64,000 nt of DNA, taken from the NCBI RefSeq assembly GCF_004010195.1, contig NC_057717.1, positions 102,454,849-102,518,848 on the forward strand, given 5' to 3'. The notes under the pieces are model-generated. The model was given only the letters and a program-made list of their open reading frames with translations. It was not told the origin of the DNA and made no database searches. Positions within the stretch are counted from its first letter, which is position 1. Each line of letters opens with the position of its first letter. Position numbers and translations under genes: made by a program. Source of the stretch: Chiloscyllium plagiosum (lineage: Eukaryota). Below are positions 12,450-24,700 of this stretch, one piece after another.

Positions 12450-13561
12450 GCTGTGGAGTGTAAGATTGTAAGACACAGAATTTACGTGTACGTGGCAGAT
12501 ATTCATGTGACTCAGCCAATGTTGTCTGTCTGATATGCTGCAAGCAAGGGTGTCCTAAGGCATGGTACATTGGTAGGACCGAGCAGAGGCTACTCTGAAT
12601 GGACACCACACAACAATCAAGAGACAGGAGTGTTCCCTCCCAGTCAGAGAACACTTCAGCTGTCCGGGACATTCAACCGCAGACCTTTGGATGACCATCC
12701 TCCAAGGCGGACTTCAGGACAGGCAACAATGCAAAGTGGCCAAGCAGAGGCTGATAGGCAAGTTCAGTACTCATGGGGATGGCCTCAACCGGGACCTTGG
12801 GTTCATGTCACACTACAGGTGACCCCATTGCATTACACACACACACACAGACACAGACACGCATGGACAGACGCACACACACGGACACATACACACCGAC
12901 ACACACATACACACACACGGACACACACACACACTGACACACAGTCATTCCTATCCACACACACTCTTACACACACAAGCACTCCTACAGACACACAAAT
13001 TCCTACAGGCCTATACACTCAAGCAGACCCTCTCTCATACACAAGCTCTCATACGCTCACACATACACTCCCACACTCACATATGCACCCTTTCACAGAC
13101 TTATACCCCTTTACACTCACACTCACACACATACACACACTCTCTCACACACATACATGCACACACACACACACACACATATAAGTTTGTGGGATGAATT
13201 TGTACATTTGTACATTTTATTTTACTCAAAAACTGCATGAATCCATGTGAGATTCTGTAAATCTGTTCTTTAGATTAGAATCAGTCTGAACATTGGGGCA
13301 CAGACAGCCTCTCGCAGGACACCTCACACCTTCAATGCATCATCTGGGCCGACATGGCACCTATTGTTGAAGGTCACTTGAAAATGTAACCTTAATAAAG
13401 TTCTGGGATTTACAAATGAAAGAACTGGAACCAACATGGTCATTCTAAAAGATGAGAAACTTAACAAACAATCCAGGTCTTCGTCAATATATCAGGTCAG
13501 TTATATCACACTGTAAACTTTTGCTATAAATTCTGTGCCTTTTGATCTTATACTCCACGAC

Positions 13562-13596
13562 CATCTGATGAAGGAGCAGCGCTCCGAAAGCTAGTG
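13562..13596 (+). ncRNA. Minimal hammerhead ribozyme motif, family A
   Basis: cat-CTGATGA-a-ggagc-agc-gctcc-GAAA-gc-TA-gtg. Confidence 0.8.
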
Positions 13597-13724
13597 CTTC
13601 CAAATAAACCTGTTGGACTGTAACCTGCTGTTGTGTGATTTTTAACTATATTGCAGAAGGAAATTCTATCCATGCAGTGCACAAACAATTGCCCCATTTC
13701 CTGCCTCCTTTACAAAAATACAAA

Positions 13725-14500
13725 CCAACAGCTGAAGAGTGGCAAATGGAGTTTAATTTGGATAAGTGTGATGTGTTACATTTGGTATACAAACAAAGAC
13801 AGGACTAATACAATTAAACGTAGGGCCTTGGGTAGTATTATAGAACAGGGAGAGGTCCAGGAACATAATTCTTTGAAGTTTGCATCACATGTAGACAGGT
13901 TGGTTAAGAAGGGGTTTAGCCCACTTGCCTTCAGTGCTCAGACCTTTGAGTATAGGGATTGGGATGTTGTGTTGAGGTTGTACAGAGCATTGCTAAGGCT
14001 TCCATTGAAGTACTGTTCCCAGTTCTGGTTGCCCTGTTATAGAAAGGGGTTCAGAAGATATTTACCAGGATATTGCTGGGAATGAGGGGTTTGAGTTATG
14101 AGGAGAGGCTGGATTGGTTGGGACTTTGTTCACGGGATTTTAGGAGGCTGAGAGGTGACCGCATAGGGAATTATAAAATAATGAGTGGCATAGATAAGGT
14201 GAATGGCAGGTATCTTCTCCCTCAGGTAGAGGATGTTAAAACTAGGGGTATATTTTTAGAGAGGAGAAAATTTTTAAAAAGACATGAGAGTCAACTTTTT
14301 TACACAGGTGGTGGTACACGTGTGGAATAGATTTCCTGATGAAGTGGTGGATGTGAGTACAGTTACAATTTTTAAAAGACATTTGGATAAGTCCATGAAC
14401 AGGAAATGGGGGGTTTGGAGGGATACAGGCCAGGTGGGACTAGTTTAGTTTGGGATTATGTTCAGCACGGACTGGTTGGGCCGAAGGGTCTGTTTCTGAC
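13725..14500 (+). mobile_element. CR1 LINE 3' fragment
   Basis: LKYCSQFWLP, YEERLDWLGL and RRLRGD in ORFs 13651 and 14073. Confidence 0.9.
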
Positions 14501-14762
14501 TCCATGCATTTGTAGCTGCCCATTTTTACTGATTGTGGGATCTTGCTGTGTGCAAGCCAGCCACCCCAGTTGCTCGGAAGAGAGTGGTGATTTCTAAGCG
14601 TCAGTCTCTCGAAGAGCCGATATACAACCAGCCTGCGTGAGTTATTTTGCTAATTTACAGAGGGTTGTAACTCTGATGCGATTTTGCCACCATCAGGCCA
14701 GTCAAGAGGCTGCAGCTGCTTCTTATGTTGTACTGGCAAATATGTGCAGCGTGAGGCATTAT

Positions 14763-15072
14763 GGGGCAGCGCGGTGGCACAGTGGTTAGCACTGCTGCCT
14801 CAGAGCACCGGGGTCCCAGGTTCGATTCACAGCCTCGGGTGACTGTCTGTGTGGAGTTTGCACATTCTCCCCGTGTCTGCGTGAGTTTCCTCCCACAGTC
14901 CAAAGATGTGCAGGTCAGAATGAATTGGCCATGCTAAGTTGCCCACAGTGTTAGGTGCATTAGTCAGAGGGGAAAATGGGTCTGGGTGGGTTACTCTTCG
15001 GAGGGTCGGTGTGGACTAGTTGGGCTGAAAGGCTTGTTTCCACACCATAGGGAATCTAATCTAATCTAATCA
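14763..15072 (+). mobile_element. HE1-type SINE
   Basis: A and B boxes (tggcacagtgg, ggttcgattc), (aatct)n tail. Confidence 0.9.
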
Positions 15073-15420
15073 TCCTCCACTGGGTCAGTTGATAACCTTC
15101 ATCCAGTTGATTTCAACAGAGCTGAAAAGTGACTTCTTTTAAATGAGGATCACATTTAAGAGCAAGAAAAGAACATTAGTATCAGCCTGGAGCTGGAGTA
15201 GTATCATAGAGGTGTGACAGCACAGGAAAGGACCTTCAGCCCATTACATCAATGCTGGTCATCATCATTTATCGATCGTAACCCCCCAATAGCCAACAGC
15301 CTTGTGTGCTCTGGTGTTTCAAGTGCTTATATGAACACTTCATAAATATCTTGAGGGTTCCTACCATTCATCATTTCATGTCTGCTCCATCTTTCAATGA
15401 CATCAGCAGCAGCAGGCCAT

Positions 15421-15750
15421 TGGGGTGGCATAGTGGCTCACTGGTTGCAATGCTACTTCACAGCGCCAGGCACCTGGGTTCGATTCCAGCCTCGGGCGAC
15501 TGTCTGTGTTGGGGTTTTGCACATTCTCCCCGCGCCAGCGAGGGTTTCCTCTGGGTGCTCCGGTTTCCTCCCACAATCCAAAGATGTATAGGTTAGGTTG
15601 GATTGGCTGTGCTAAATTGTCCGTAGTATCCAGGGATATGCAAGCTGGGTGGGTTTGCCGTGGGAAACGCAGGGTTATAGTTCACACTAACACTCCAAAG
15701 AGGGTTGATGGGCTGAATGGCTTGCTTCCACATGGTAAGGATTCTATGAT
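15421..15750 (+). mobile_element. HE1-type SINE (older)
   Basis: ggttcgattcc B box, conserved body, ggattctatga end. Confidence 0.85.
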
Positions 15751-16089
15751 TCAGCCCCTTCATGTCTACGCCATCTTTCAATGAGATCCTGGTTGACCTT
15801 TCACTTTAACACCGTTCTTCTGCACTACTCCTGAATCTGTCAATGTCCATTCATATTGTCAGTTGATCATCGTCCAGTAGTCAGCGAGGTTTCCCAGATG
15901 GTCTTAGATGTATTTAGTTTTGGGTGTGGTTCGTCTTGATATCATTCCTGGCTTTTTTTCTGAACTCCACGGAGATGTCATGAAGTTTAACTAAAATCCT
16001 CCACCTAAAACCTCCCCAGTGATCAGGAGGTTTAAAAAATGCATTCAGAAAACCTTATGGTAATTTTGGTAGGTAATTTCACTCTTCCT

Positions 16090-16665
16090 CTCCCGTGGGA
16101 CACTAGAGAGCTTGAGATATAAAGAGAGGCTGGACAAGAAGAAGGGCTCATGCCCAAAACGTCGATTCTCCTGTTCCTTTGATGCTGCCTGACCTGCTGC
16201 GCTTTTCCAGCAACACATTTTCAGCTCTGATCTCCAGCATCTGCAGTCCTCACTTTCTCCTGGAAAGGCTGGGGCTTGTTTCACTGAAGTGTAGGAGGTT
16301 CAGGGGTTATAGAGGTTTATAAAATCCTGAGGGGGACAGATGAGTTGAATGGCAAGCGTCTTTTCCCCAGGATGGGGGGGTTTCAAAACGAGAGGGAATA
16401 TTTTTAAGGTGAGCGGGGAAAGATTTAAAAATGGCGAGGGGCAATTGTTTTACACATAGAGTGGTTCGTGTGTGGAATGAACTGCCAGAGGAAATGGTGG
16501 ATGTGCGTCCAATTACAATGTTTAAGAAACATTTGGATAAGGACATGAATTTGGAGGGATATGGGCCAGGAACAGGCAGGTGGGACTAGTTTAGTTTGGG
16601 ATTATGTTCGGCATGGACTGGTTGGACCGAAGGGTCTGTTTCCATGCTCAATTACTCTATGACTT
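16090..16665 (+). mobile_element. CR1 3' fragment carrying a PLE family B terminal insert (about 16138-16261)
   Basis: CR1 reads gagaggctggaca [insert] tggaaaggctggggcttg; the insert is a truncated hammerhead plus family B tail. Confidence 0.85.
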
Positions 16666-17289
16666 TACTTGCTGGAGCATGACACAGACAAAGTGAGTGT
16701 TTACCCGCTGGCTGGGTTTTCCAGACGTTGTTCACCAGGAGCTGTAGCTTACGGAGTGTCATTGCACATCACGTTTAGTTGAGTAGGATGCTCTCCATGT
16801 CAGCTGTGGGTGTATCGGAAGGATTCACTGCTTGTCCATGATATCAATGCACCTCCCTTGGTCACTTGATCCTGAGGTGGGACTCCTAGCTCAGTAGCAA
16901 GGACGCTACCCACTGCACCACAATACCTGATTTGGAACGCTGGTAACATCTTTTAAATATTACTTTGTCTTTTGCTGTGCCCTATTTCTCAATATAATTA
17001 AGACATTTCCAATAAATCTAGCCAATTCACTATGGTCAATTTAGCACGGCCAATCCACCCTAACCTGCACATCTTTGGATTGTGGGAGGAAACCGGAGAG
17101 TTTGAGAGTTTGGTATTTCCCCATTAAATTTGTAAAGTAGAAGATATTGGAACAGAAGGATGTCACTCAGTCCCTTGAGTCAGTTCCATTGGATCATGGC
17201 TCCACCTACATCTCCGATAGCACCAATGCTCACCGGATCTCTGCCATTGTGATCACCATCTGGATTACTCTGCCTGAAAGGAAGATGCC

Positions 17290-17945
17290 ATGTGGAGGTG
17301 CCGGTGTTGAATTGGGATGGACAAAGTTAAAGATCACCGGGTTATAGTCCAACAGGTTTATTCGGAGCACTACCCCTTTGTCAGGTAGCTAGTGGGACAG
17401 GATCATAGACACACAGAATTTATAGTAAAAGATTAAAGTGCCATACCACTGCTGCAATATATTGAACAAACCGAGATTGCTGTTCAGTCTTTAATCACTT
17501 AGAATGGGGATGTGGGTTTTGATTCATTAACATGTAAATCTCAGAACTTCTTTCAATTCACATTCCTGAGATAAATCAAGGTTTTATAAAAAAATGTGAC
17601 GTCTCAGCTCAGACAATGTGCTAAACGTGTGAGGTTAGAGTCTGTCTCTGACAGACACCATCTCTGACAGATTCTAACCTCACACCTCTAATGCATTGTC
17701 TGAGCTGGGATGTCACTTTTTATACAAAACCTTAAGTTATCTCAGGAATGTGACTTGAAAGAAGTTCTGAGATTTACATATTAATGGATCGAAACCAGCA
17801 TGCCCATTCTAAGTGATTAAAGACTTAGTGATTAAAGACTATGATCCTGTCCCACTAGCTATCTGATGAAGGAGCAGCGTTCCAAAAGCTTGTGATTTTA
17901 AATAAACCTGTTGGACTGTAATCTGGTGTTGTGTTTTTAACTTTG
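17290..17945. mobile_element. PLE family A large fold-back (about 650 bp)
   Basis: 17322-17646 is the reverse complement of 17666-17945 (one internal deletion); unpaired tail 17290-17321; both hammerheads decayed; possible diverged TSD tgaaaggaagatg / tgaaaggacaatg. Confidence 0.9.
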
Positions 17946-17999
17946 AAAGGACAATGGAACTCCTTTCAAGTGTAACTTTTAGAAGGATGAAATTTGTCA

Positions 18000-20470
18000 G
18001 GAAGGGAGGGTGGGTATTGGATTGGAAAGAGTTGGGAGTGGTATTGAGGATGATCGTGGAGGAGGTATTGTCGCCTATCCTTACTGATTGTAGTCTATGT
18101 TTCAGGAAGTCATGGATCCAGTTACAGAAATGTGGATAATAATATATCCCTCCCTGATGAACTCAATGCATTCTACATTTAAAAGAGTTGGGAGAGGGAG
18201 ATGGTGCATGATGACACCATCTCGTAAAGCACAGCACTTGACATAGTATACAACACAACAAACAGTCTTGAGAGAGAATACCCTGAGGCTTTGTTCATTG
18301 TAACTAGTGGCTTCAACCAGGCCAACCTTGAGAATGTGCTCCTAAAATACCATTAACACATCCCCTATCCCACCGGAGGCCCGAACATCCAGGACCATTG
18401 CTACACAGTCATCAAAGATGCCTACTGCTCCATTGCTAATCCACCTTTTAGAAAATCAGATCACAACGCTGTGCTCCCCCTCCTGGTTGACACGCAGAAA
18501 TTGAAAAGTGAGGACCCAGCGCCGAAGGTAACGCAGTGTTGGTCTGAGGCAGCGGAAGGTCTTCCGTTGGGACTGCTTAGAATGGGCAGACTGATCGCCA
18601 TTCAAGACCTCAGTGGCCAAGCTAAGTGAATGTGCCAGCACCGTTACAGACATCATTGGTAAGCATGTGCAAGACTGCGTGTTCCCCAACTAGAAACCGT
18701 GGATGAGCCGAAACATCCACTCTCTCCTGAAGTCCAGGACTGAGGCACACAAGTCAAGTAATCCTGACCTATCCAGGAAAATCAAGTATGACCTTTGTAA
18801 GGCCATCAGAGACACCAAGAAGCAATATTAAAGTAAGCTGAGACTCAAACTAACCATAGGGACACCCATTGTTTATGTCAAGGCTTACACAATGTAATGG
18901 GCTACAAAGCAAAGTAGAATAGAATTGTGGACAACAGTATATCCCTCCCTGATGAGCTCAATGTATTCTACACTTGCTTTGAACAGAAGGGCAGTGAAAT
19001 GATCAAACCTATCCCAACAGCCTCAGATGCACTTGTACCCACGATCACTGACGCTGACGTTAGAGCTGCTATCTTGAAAGTGAGCCCTCAGAAAGTGACC
19101 AGCCCAGATGGAGTCCCCAGCCGTACACTCAGATCATGTGTGAGCCAGTTGGCGGGAGTATTCGCACTTAGCTTTAACCTCTCCTTAATACGATCTGAAG
19201 TCCCCACCTGCTTCAAGAAGACAGCCACCATCCCTGTCCCAAAGAAAAACCATGCAGCGTGCCTCAATGGCTACCAGCAGGTGGCTCTGACCACCATCAT
19301 TATGAAGTTCTTCATGGCTCACATCATCTCTGGCCTCCCAGAATGCTATGATGCTTTGCAATTCGCCAATCAACACAACAGGTTCACAGCAGATACCATC
19401 ACCTTGGCCTTCCACTGATTCCAGGAACATCTTGGTAACAACAGTTTCACCTTCAACACCATAATTCCAAACCAACTCATCTCTAAACTCAGAGACCTAG
19501 GTCTCAGCTCCTCCCTCTGTAACTGGATCCATGACTTCCTGAAGGATAGACCATAATCAGTAAGGATAGGTGACAATGTCGCCTGCATGGTAATCCTCAA
19601 CACCAGTGTCCCGCAAGGCTGCGTCATCAGGCCCCTACTAATCTGTGTGGGCAGATTCTGCCCCAACTCCACTTACAAGTTTGCTGACTCTACCACCATT
19701 GTAGCTCAGATCTCAAATAACAACAGAATACAGGAATGGAATTGAGACCTTAGTGGCGTGGTGTAACTACAACAATCTCTCCATTAATGGCAGCAAAACG
19801 AGGGAGCAGAGTGGAGGGCACGCCCCTGCCTGCCTCAGTGGTGCTGAGGTGGAGATGGTCCAGAGCATCACATTCCTGGGAGCAACAATTACCACCAATC
19901 TGTCCGGGTCTACCCACATCGATGCAATGGTCAAGAAAGTACAGCAACACCTTTCCTTCCTTAGGAGGCTAAGGAAATTCAGCATGTCCACAGGGGCTCC
20001 TACTAATTTTTATAGATGCAACATAAAAAGCATTCTATTTGGATGCAGTGTGGTATAGTAACTGCTCCTCCCAGGACGGTAAGAAATTACAGAGAGTTGT
20101 GAACACAGCCTAGTCCATGAAACAAGCCAACTTCCCATCCACTGACTCCACCTCTAGTTCCCACTGCCTCAGGAAAGCAACCAACATCATCAAAGACCCC
20201 TCCCACCCCAGTTATACTCTCTTCCACCCTCTTCTGTCAGGGAGATGATATGAAAGTTTGAAAACACTTGCAAAAAGATTCAGAAACAGCTTCTTCCCCA
20301 CTGTTACCAGACTCTTGAACAGACCTCTCAAACCTTAATTCTGATTTCTCTGTGTCTGCATGTTCTCTGTGGATGTAGCACTCTGTTCCACTACCCTGAT
20401 GCACCCTTGTATAGCATGCAGAACAACGCTCTTCGCTGTATCTCGGTACATGTGACAACAATAACTCAAT
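18000..20470 (+). mobile_element. Rex1/Babar LINE, long decayed copy (APE endonuclease C-terminal half, RT, C-terminal domain)
   Basis: YPEALFIVTSGFNQANL...DHCYTVIKDAY...KSDH; PDELNVFY; PDGVP; VPTCFKKTATIPVPKK; PQGCV; KFAD; KDPSHP; many stops and frameshifts. Confidence 0.9.
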
Positions 20471-20499
20471 CCATCCATCAATCGGCCTTATATATACAA

Positions 20500-20725
20500 A
20501 CCTAATGTAATGCCTAGAGGACATGTTTGAAATCCCATTGCTGGAATTTATATTCAGTTAATAAAATCCTGAAATTAAAAACAAGGTACCAATGATTGAT
20601 TGTTGTCAAACCTAATTTGGCTCACTAATGTCCTGCAAGGATGGAAATCTGCTGTACTTACCTGGTCTGGCTGCAGGTATCTCCAGACCCACAGCAATGT
20701 GGTTGACTCCTAACTGACCTGTCAA
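20500..20725 (+). mobile_element. Second tRNA-type SINE family, partial
   Basis: Homologous to 34060-34425 (ctccagacccacagcaatgtggttgactc). Confidence 0.75.
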
Positions 20726-20749
20726 ACGATGTCACTTCCCTCTGGTCAG

Positions 20750-21670
20750 GTTCAGTTGGAGTTTGGAAGGCAAATGCAATTCTCATTCATTTCAGGAGGA
20801 CTGGAACCCAAGAGCAGGGACATACTGCTGAGGCTGTATAAGGCTCTGGTCAGACTGCATTGGGAATATTGTGAGCAATTTTAGGCCCCGTAGCTAAGGA
20901 AGGATGTGTTGGCCTTGGGGGGGAGGTGTGTCCAGAGGAGCTTTACTAGCCTGGTCCTGGGGATGAAGGGCTTGTCGTATGAGAAGTGGTTGAGGTCTCT
21001 GGGTCTGCATTCGCTGGAGTTTTGAAGGATGGGGTGAGGGGATATCTGGTTGATACTGAGGGGCCATGATAAAGAATATATTTCCACCAGTAGGAGAGAC
21101 TAGGACCCGGGACATAGCCTTTAGAGTCACCTCACATTTATCTGAATTAAACTGCATCTGCCACTTCTCTGCCCATTGGCCCATCTGGTCAAGATCCTGT
21201 TGTAACCTGAGCTAACCCTCTTTGCTATCCACTACACCTCCAATTTTGGTGTCATCTGCAAACTTACTAACTGTACCTCTTATGCTCGCATCCAAATCAT
21301 TTATGTAAATGACAAAAAGTAGAGGACCCAGCACCGATCCTTGTGGCACTCCACTGGGTCACAGACCTCCAGTCTGAAAAACAACCCTCCACCACCACCC
21401 TCTGTCTTCTACCTTTGAGCCAGTTCTGTATCCAAATGGCTAATTCTCCCTTTAGGACTGAGTTGAGGTGAAATTTCTTCAGCCAGAGGGTGGGGAATCT
21501 GTGAAACTCATTGCCATAGAGGGCTGTGGAGGTCCAGTCACTGAGTGAGTAAGGGGACAAGGGTTATGGGAGAATGAGGTTGAGAAACATCAGCCATGGT
21601 TGAATTGTGGAGCAGAGTTGATGGGCTGATTGGCCTAATTTTACTCCTATATCTTTGGTATTATGGTTTA
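20750..21670 (+). mobile_element. CR1 3' fragment containing an opposite-strand CR1 RT segment (about 21126-21450)
   Basis: Minus ORFs WIQNWLKGRRQRVVV and WAEKWQMQFNSDKCEV lie inside a plus-strand CR1 3' region. Confidence 0.85.
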
Positions 21671-22089
21671 ATTAGGGACAGACAATAAATATCTTGCCTT
21701 AGTCTCGTCAATATTTTTAAAGAGCTTGGCTTCTCTCTGTGCTATAAAGTGTACAAATCCTACGGCTATGCACTTAAATAAAATGAGCACAGACTCCATT
21801 CACTTGAGAGTTGCAACCTGTGGATTTCCCAGAGAAACCATCCTTCAGCCCTTTTACAGAATAAGGGGATAGGTGAAAGCTTCTGCAATTAAGTCTGTCC
21901 ATCGAATTGGGATGGGTCTGCCCGTGGAAAAGCACAGAGATTCCAAAGACAGCCAGCAGGTGGAGACATTGCACTAACCACTGGAAAAGCTATTGATTGA
22001 CCCAGTTCGGAAACTTGGAAGATGGATTCATCTCTGAATGAGACGTCGTGATGGCTTTATCCTGTAGCTCAATCATGCTCAGTCCCTAT

Positions 22090-22294
22090 TGAAGTAGCTC
22101 CTTTAGTTACTCATGGAAAGTCCTTGATGCTGATCCAGCTCCCTCAGAGCCAGCTCTCAGAGTGAACAGAACCTCTGACCCCTCCTGTTTATATCTGTCA
22201 GCCAGGGCTCCCTGATTGGACCAGGTCAACAGCCCCAATCAGGGAACTCAGATTCTTTGAGGTTCACCTGGCTGACCTCATTACAATCACTACC
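22090..22294 (-). mobile_element. Probable solo LTR (Gypsy-like), internally deleted
   Basis: TG start and near-CA end, 5-bp TSD-like cctat/tctat, inverted CCAAT pair (tccctgattgg / ccaatcaggga) followed on the minus strand by gatataaa. Confidence 0.5.
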
Positions 22295-22469
22295 TCTATA
22301 TATAAAGAATATTTTGGTCATATCTAATGTGAAGATCTCTCGATCTGGTTGGGATGGGGTGTTGGGGTGTCTGGTGGTGTTCAGTTCAGGGGGGAACGGT
22401 TTGGGTGTGTTGGCTTGTGGTGGTGCCGATTAGAATGACAGGTGACCTCGAAGGTCTCTTCCAAGGGTG

Positions 22470-22940
22470 GGTACTGAAAGGATGTTTCCCCCTCCGTGGG
22501 ACAGACCAGAATGGAGAGGACACATCTTCAAATCAAGATGTCTCCCCATCTCGGAGTGAGGCAAGGAGAACACTTTCCTCTGGCAGGGCCAAGATCTTTA
22601 TTGAAGCTCTCTCCCCTGGGAGGTTGGTGGGGAGTAGGGGTCAATGAGAGAGTTTTGACTGATGACGGAGTCACAGGGATATTAAGGCAAGGCAGGAAAG
22701 TGGATTTGAGGCTAGAATCAGCCATGATAGTACCAAATGGCACAGAGGACTTGAAGGGCTGACTGTGAGTCAATCAGGATTCCTGATGAAGGGCTTATGC
22801 TCGAAACGTTGACTCCCCTGCTCTTCGGATGCTGCCTGACCAGTTGTGTTTTTCCAGCGCCGCACGTTTTAACTCTGACCTCCAGCATCTGCAGTCCTCG
22901 CTTTCCCCCGGTTGAAGGGCTGAATGGCCTACCCTCACGA
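22470..22940 (+). mobile_element. Old CR1 3' end with PLE insert
   Basis: ggatgtttcccc...atcagccatgat...gaagggctgaatggcctac. Confidence 0.7.
22763..22911 (+). mobile_element. PLE family B solo terminus with hammerhead (22780-22813)
   Basis: CTGATGA-a-gggc-ttat-gctc-GAAA-cg-TT; perfect 12-bp TSD ttgaagggctga at 22751-22762 and 22912-22923. Confidence 0.9.
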
Positions 22941-23127
22941 CAGATTCACGTGTCTTGAAACAGCAGGCGTCTCTCAGATATTGGCAGCTCATGAAAACCC
23001 ACTAAAGGTCAACCCTTTGCTTCAGAAAGGTCAGCAGAAGGTTAGTAGTTTTATGGCAAGTGTGCGTTTCCTGTTCAACTGCAACACCTGATATTTGTCA
23101 CTCTGCAATTGAGGGTAAGGATTCCGT

Positions 23128-23472
23128 TATAGAGTCGTAGAGTTATAGAGATGTACAGCACAGAAACAGACCCTTCGGTCCACCTTGTCCATGCTGACCA
23201 GATATGCCAACCCAATCTAGTTCCACCTGCTGGCCCATATCCCTCCAAACCCTTCCTATTCATATACCCATCCAAATGCCTCTTAAATGTTGCAATTGTA
23301 CCAGCCTCCACCACTTCCTCTGGCAGCTCATTCCATACACGTACCACCCTCTGCGTGAAAAGGTTGCCCCTTAGGTCTCCTTTATATCTTTCTCCTCTCA
23401 CCTTAAACCTATGCCCTCTAGTTCAGGACTCCCCCACCCCAGGGAAAAGACTTTGTCTATTTATCCTATCCT
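23128..23472 (-). mobile_element. CR1 3' end (well preserved)
   Basis: Minus ORF 23075-23401: FTQRVVRVWNELPEEVVEA, FKRHLDGYM. Confidence 0.95.
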
Positions 23473-23691
23473 CGTTAAATCAGAACCCCCACATACCACT
23501 GTGGGTAATCAGCAAAGTGAGCCCTCTTTCTAAGGCCATGACCTGGATTTTTCTTCGAATCCTGTTCCCAGTGGAATTCTGGGTCTCAGTTCAGGAAAGA
23601 CTAGTGGCTGCACCGGAGAAACTCTACACGGGGCAGTTCCAGTTAAGTGCCCCACACGTAACTGGGGATGAGGACTTTAACTGGTACAAAA

Positions 23692-24006
23692 TGGGTGGCA
23701 CGGTGCCACAGTGGTTAGCAATGCTGCCTCACAGCACCAGAGGCTCGGGTTCAATTCCTGCCTCGGGCAAATGTCTGTGTGGTGGTTGCACATTCTCCCT
23801 GTGTCTGCGTGGGTTTCCTCCGGGTGCTCCGGTTTCCTCCCACAGTCCAAAGATGTGCAGGTCAGGTGAATTGGCCATGCTAAATTGCCCGTAGTGTTAG
23901 GTGAAGGGATAAAATGTAGGGGAATGGGTCTGGGTGGATTACTCTTTGGAGGTGGACTTGTTGGGCTAAAGGGCCTGTTTCCACACTGTAAGTAATCTAA
24001 ATCTAA
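23692..24006 (+). mobile_element. HE1-type SINE
   Basis: Head, body and aatcta tail. Confidence 0.9.
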
Positions 24007-24059
24007 AAAGTCTCAAAGGGTTAAAGTACTAAATAATCCATTGGAATTTCGAAGCATGA

Positions 24060-24700
24060 GGTGTAACCTGATTGAAATATAACAGATTCTTTGAGGAGTT
24101 GACAGAAGAGGTGTGGAGAGGGTGTTTGGGAGAGTCCAAGACCAGAATATTTTTCTTCCACTTATTCATCCAAGAATTATTGCCCAAAGGGCAGATCGGA
24201 GTTAACCACATTGCTGTGGGTCCTGAGTCACGTGAAGGCCAGGTCAGGTCAGTTCCCCAGGAGGACATTAGTGAACCAGATGGCCATCCTTAGACTCTCC
24301 ATGCCAGTGTTTTTTTGTTATAGAAATCGAATTCCAACATCCTAACACGGGGTTCCCAGAATCCTCCTGGGTCTTTGGACTGACGTTCCAACAATTATAC
24401 CACTAGACCATCGCCATCCTCTGACAACTTCAGAATAAGGGGGTGCCAACATAAGACAGACATGAGGAGGCATTTCCTCTCTCTGAGGGGAGTGAATCTG
24501 CTAAAGTTTTTACCGCAGAGGTCTGTCGAGGTTGGGTCATTTAGTACGCTCAAGGCTGACAAAGACAGGTATTTCATCAGTAATGGGAATCTAGGGTTAT
24601 ATGAAGAAGGCAGGGTAGTGGAGTTGAAGATTATCAGATCTCATTAAATGGCAAAGTAGATTTGATGGGCCTACTTCCCTCCTTTATGCTCTGGTCTTTG
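24060..24700 (+). mobile_element. CR1 3' fragment split by a minus-strand second-family SINE (about 24145-24420)
   Basis: gggagagtccaagaccaga [SINE] acaacttcagaataagggg. Confidence 0.7.

Larger units (their letters stand above)
12365..13647 (+). mobile_element. PLE family A, 5'-truncated in GIY-YIG endonuclease, with inverted 5' arm
   Basis: From about 12492 reads GRYSCDSANVVCLICCKQGCPKAWYIG (decayed VVY...YIG GIY-YIG motif); CA-rich tract 12835-13180; inverted arm 12365-12484. Confidence 0.9.

Noticed and set aside
12570..13184. 204-aa His/Thr-rich ORF
   Set aside because: Out-of-frame PLE sequence plus CA repeat
12128..13647. CRISPR-like array or DNA-transposon TIRs
   Set aside because: No regular repeat-spacer period; inverted arms are PLE termini linked to GIY-YIG coding sequence
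14763..14840. SINE heads as tRNA genes
   Set aside because: A and B boxes run into SINE body and LINE-like tail; no complete cloverleaf
18945..18965. CTGATGA at about 18949 and 18155 as hammerheads
   Set aside because: LINE coding sequence (LPDELN); no stem II-GAAA follows
23151..23894. 247-aa ORF as a host gene
   Set aside because: Chimera of antisense CR1, spacer and SINE; no protein-like character
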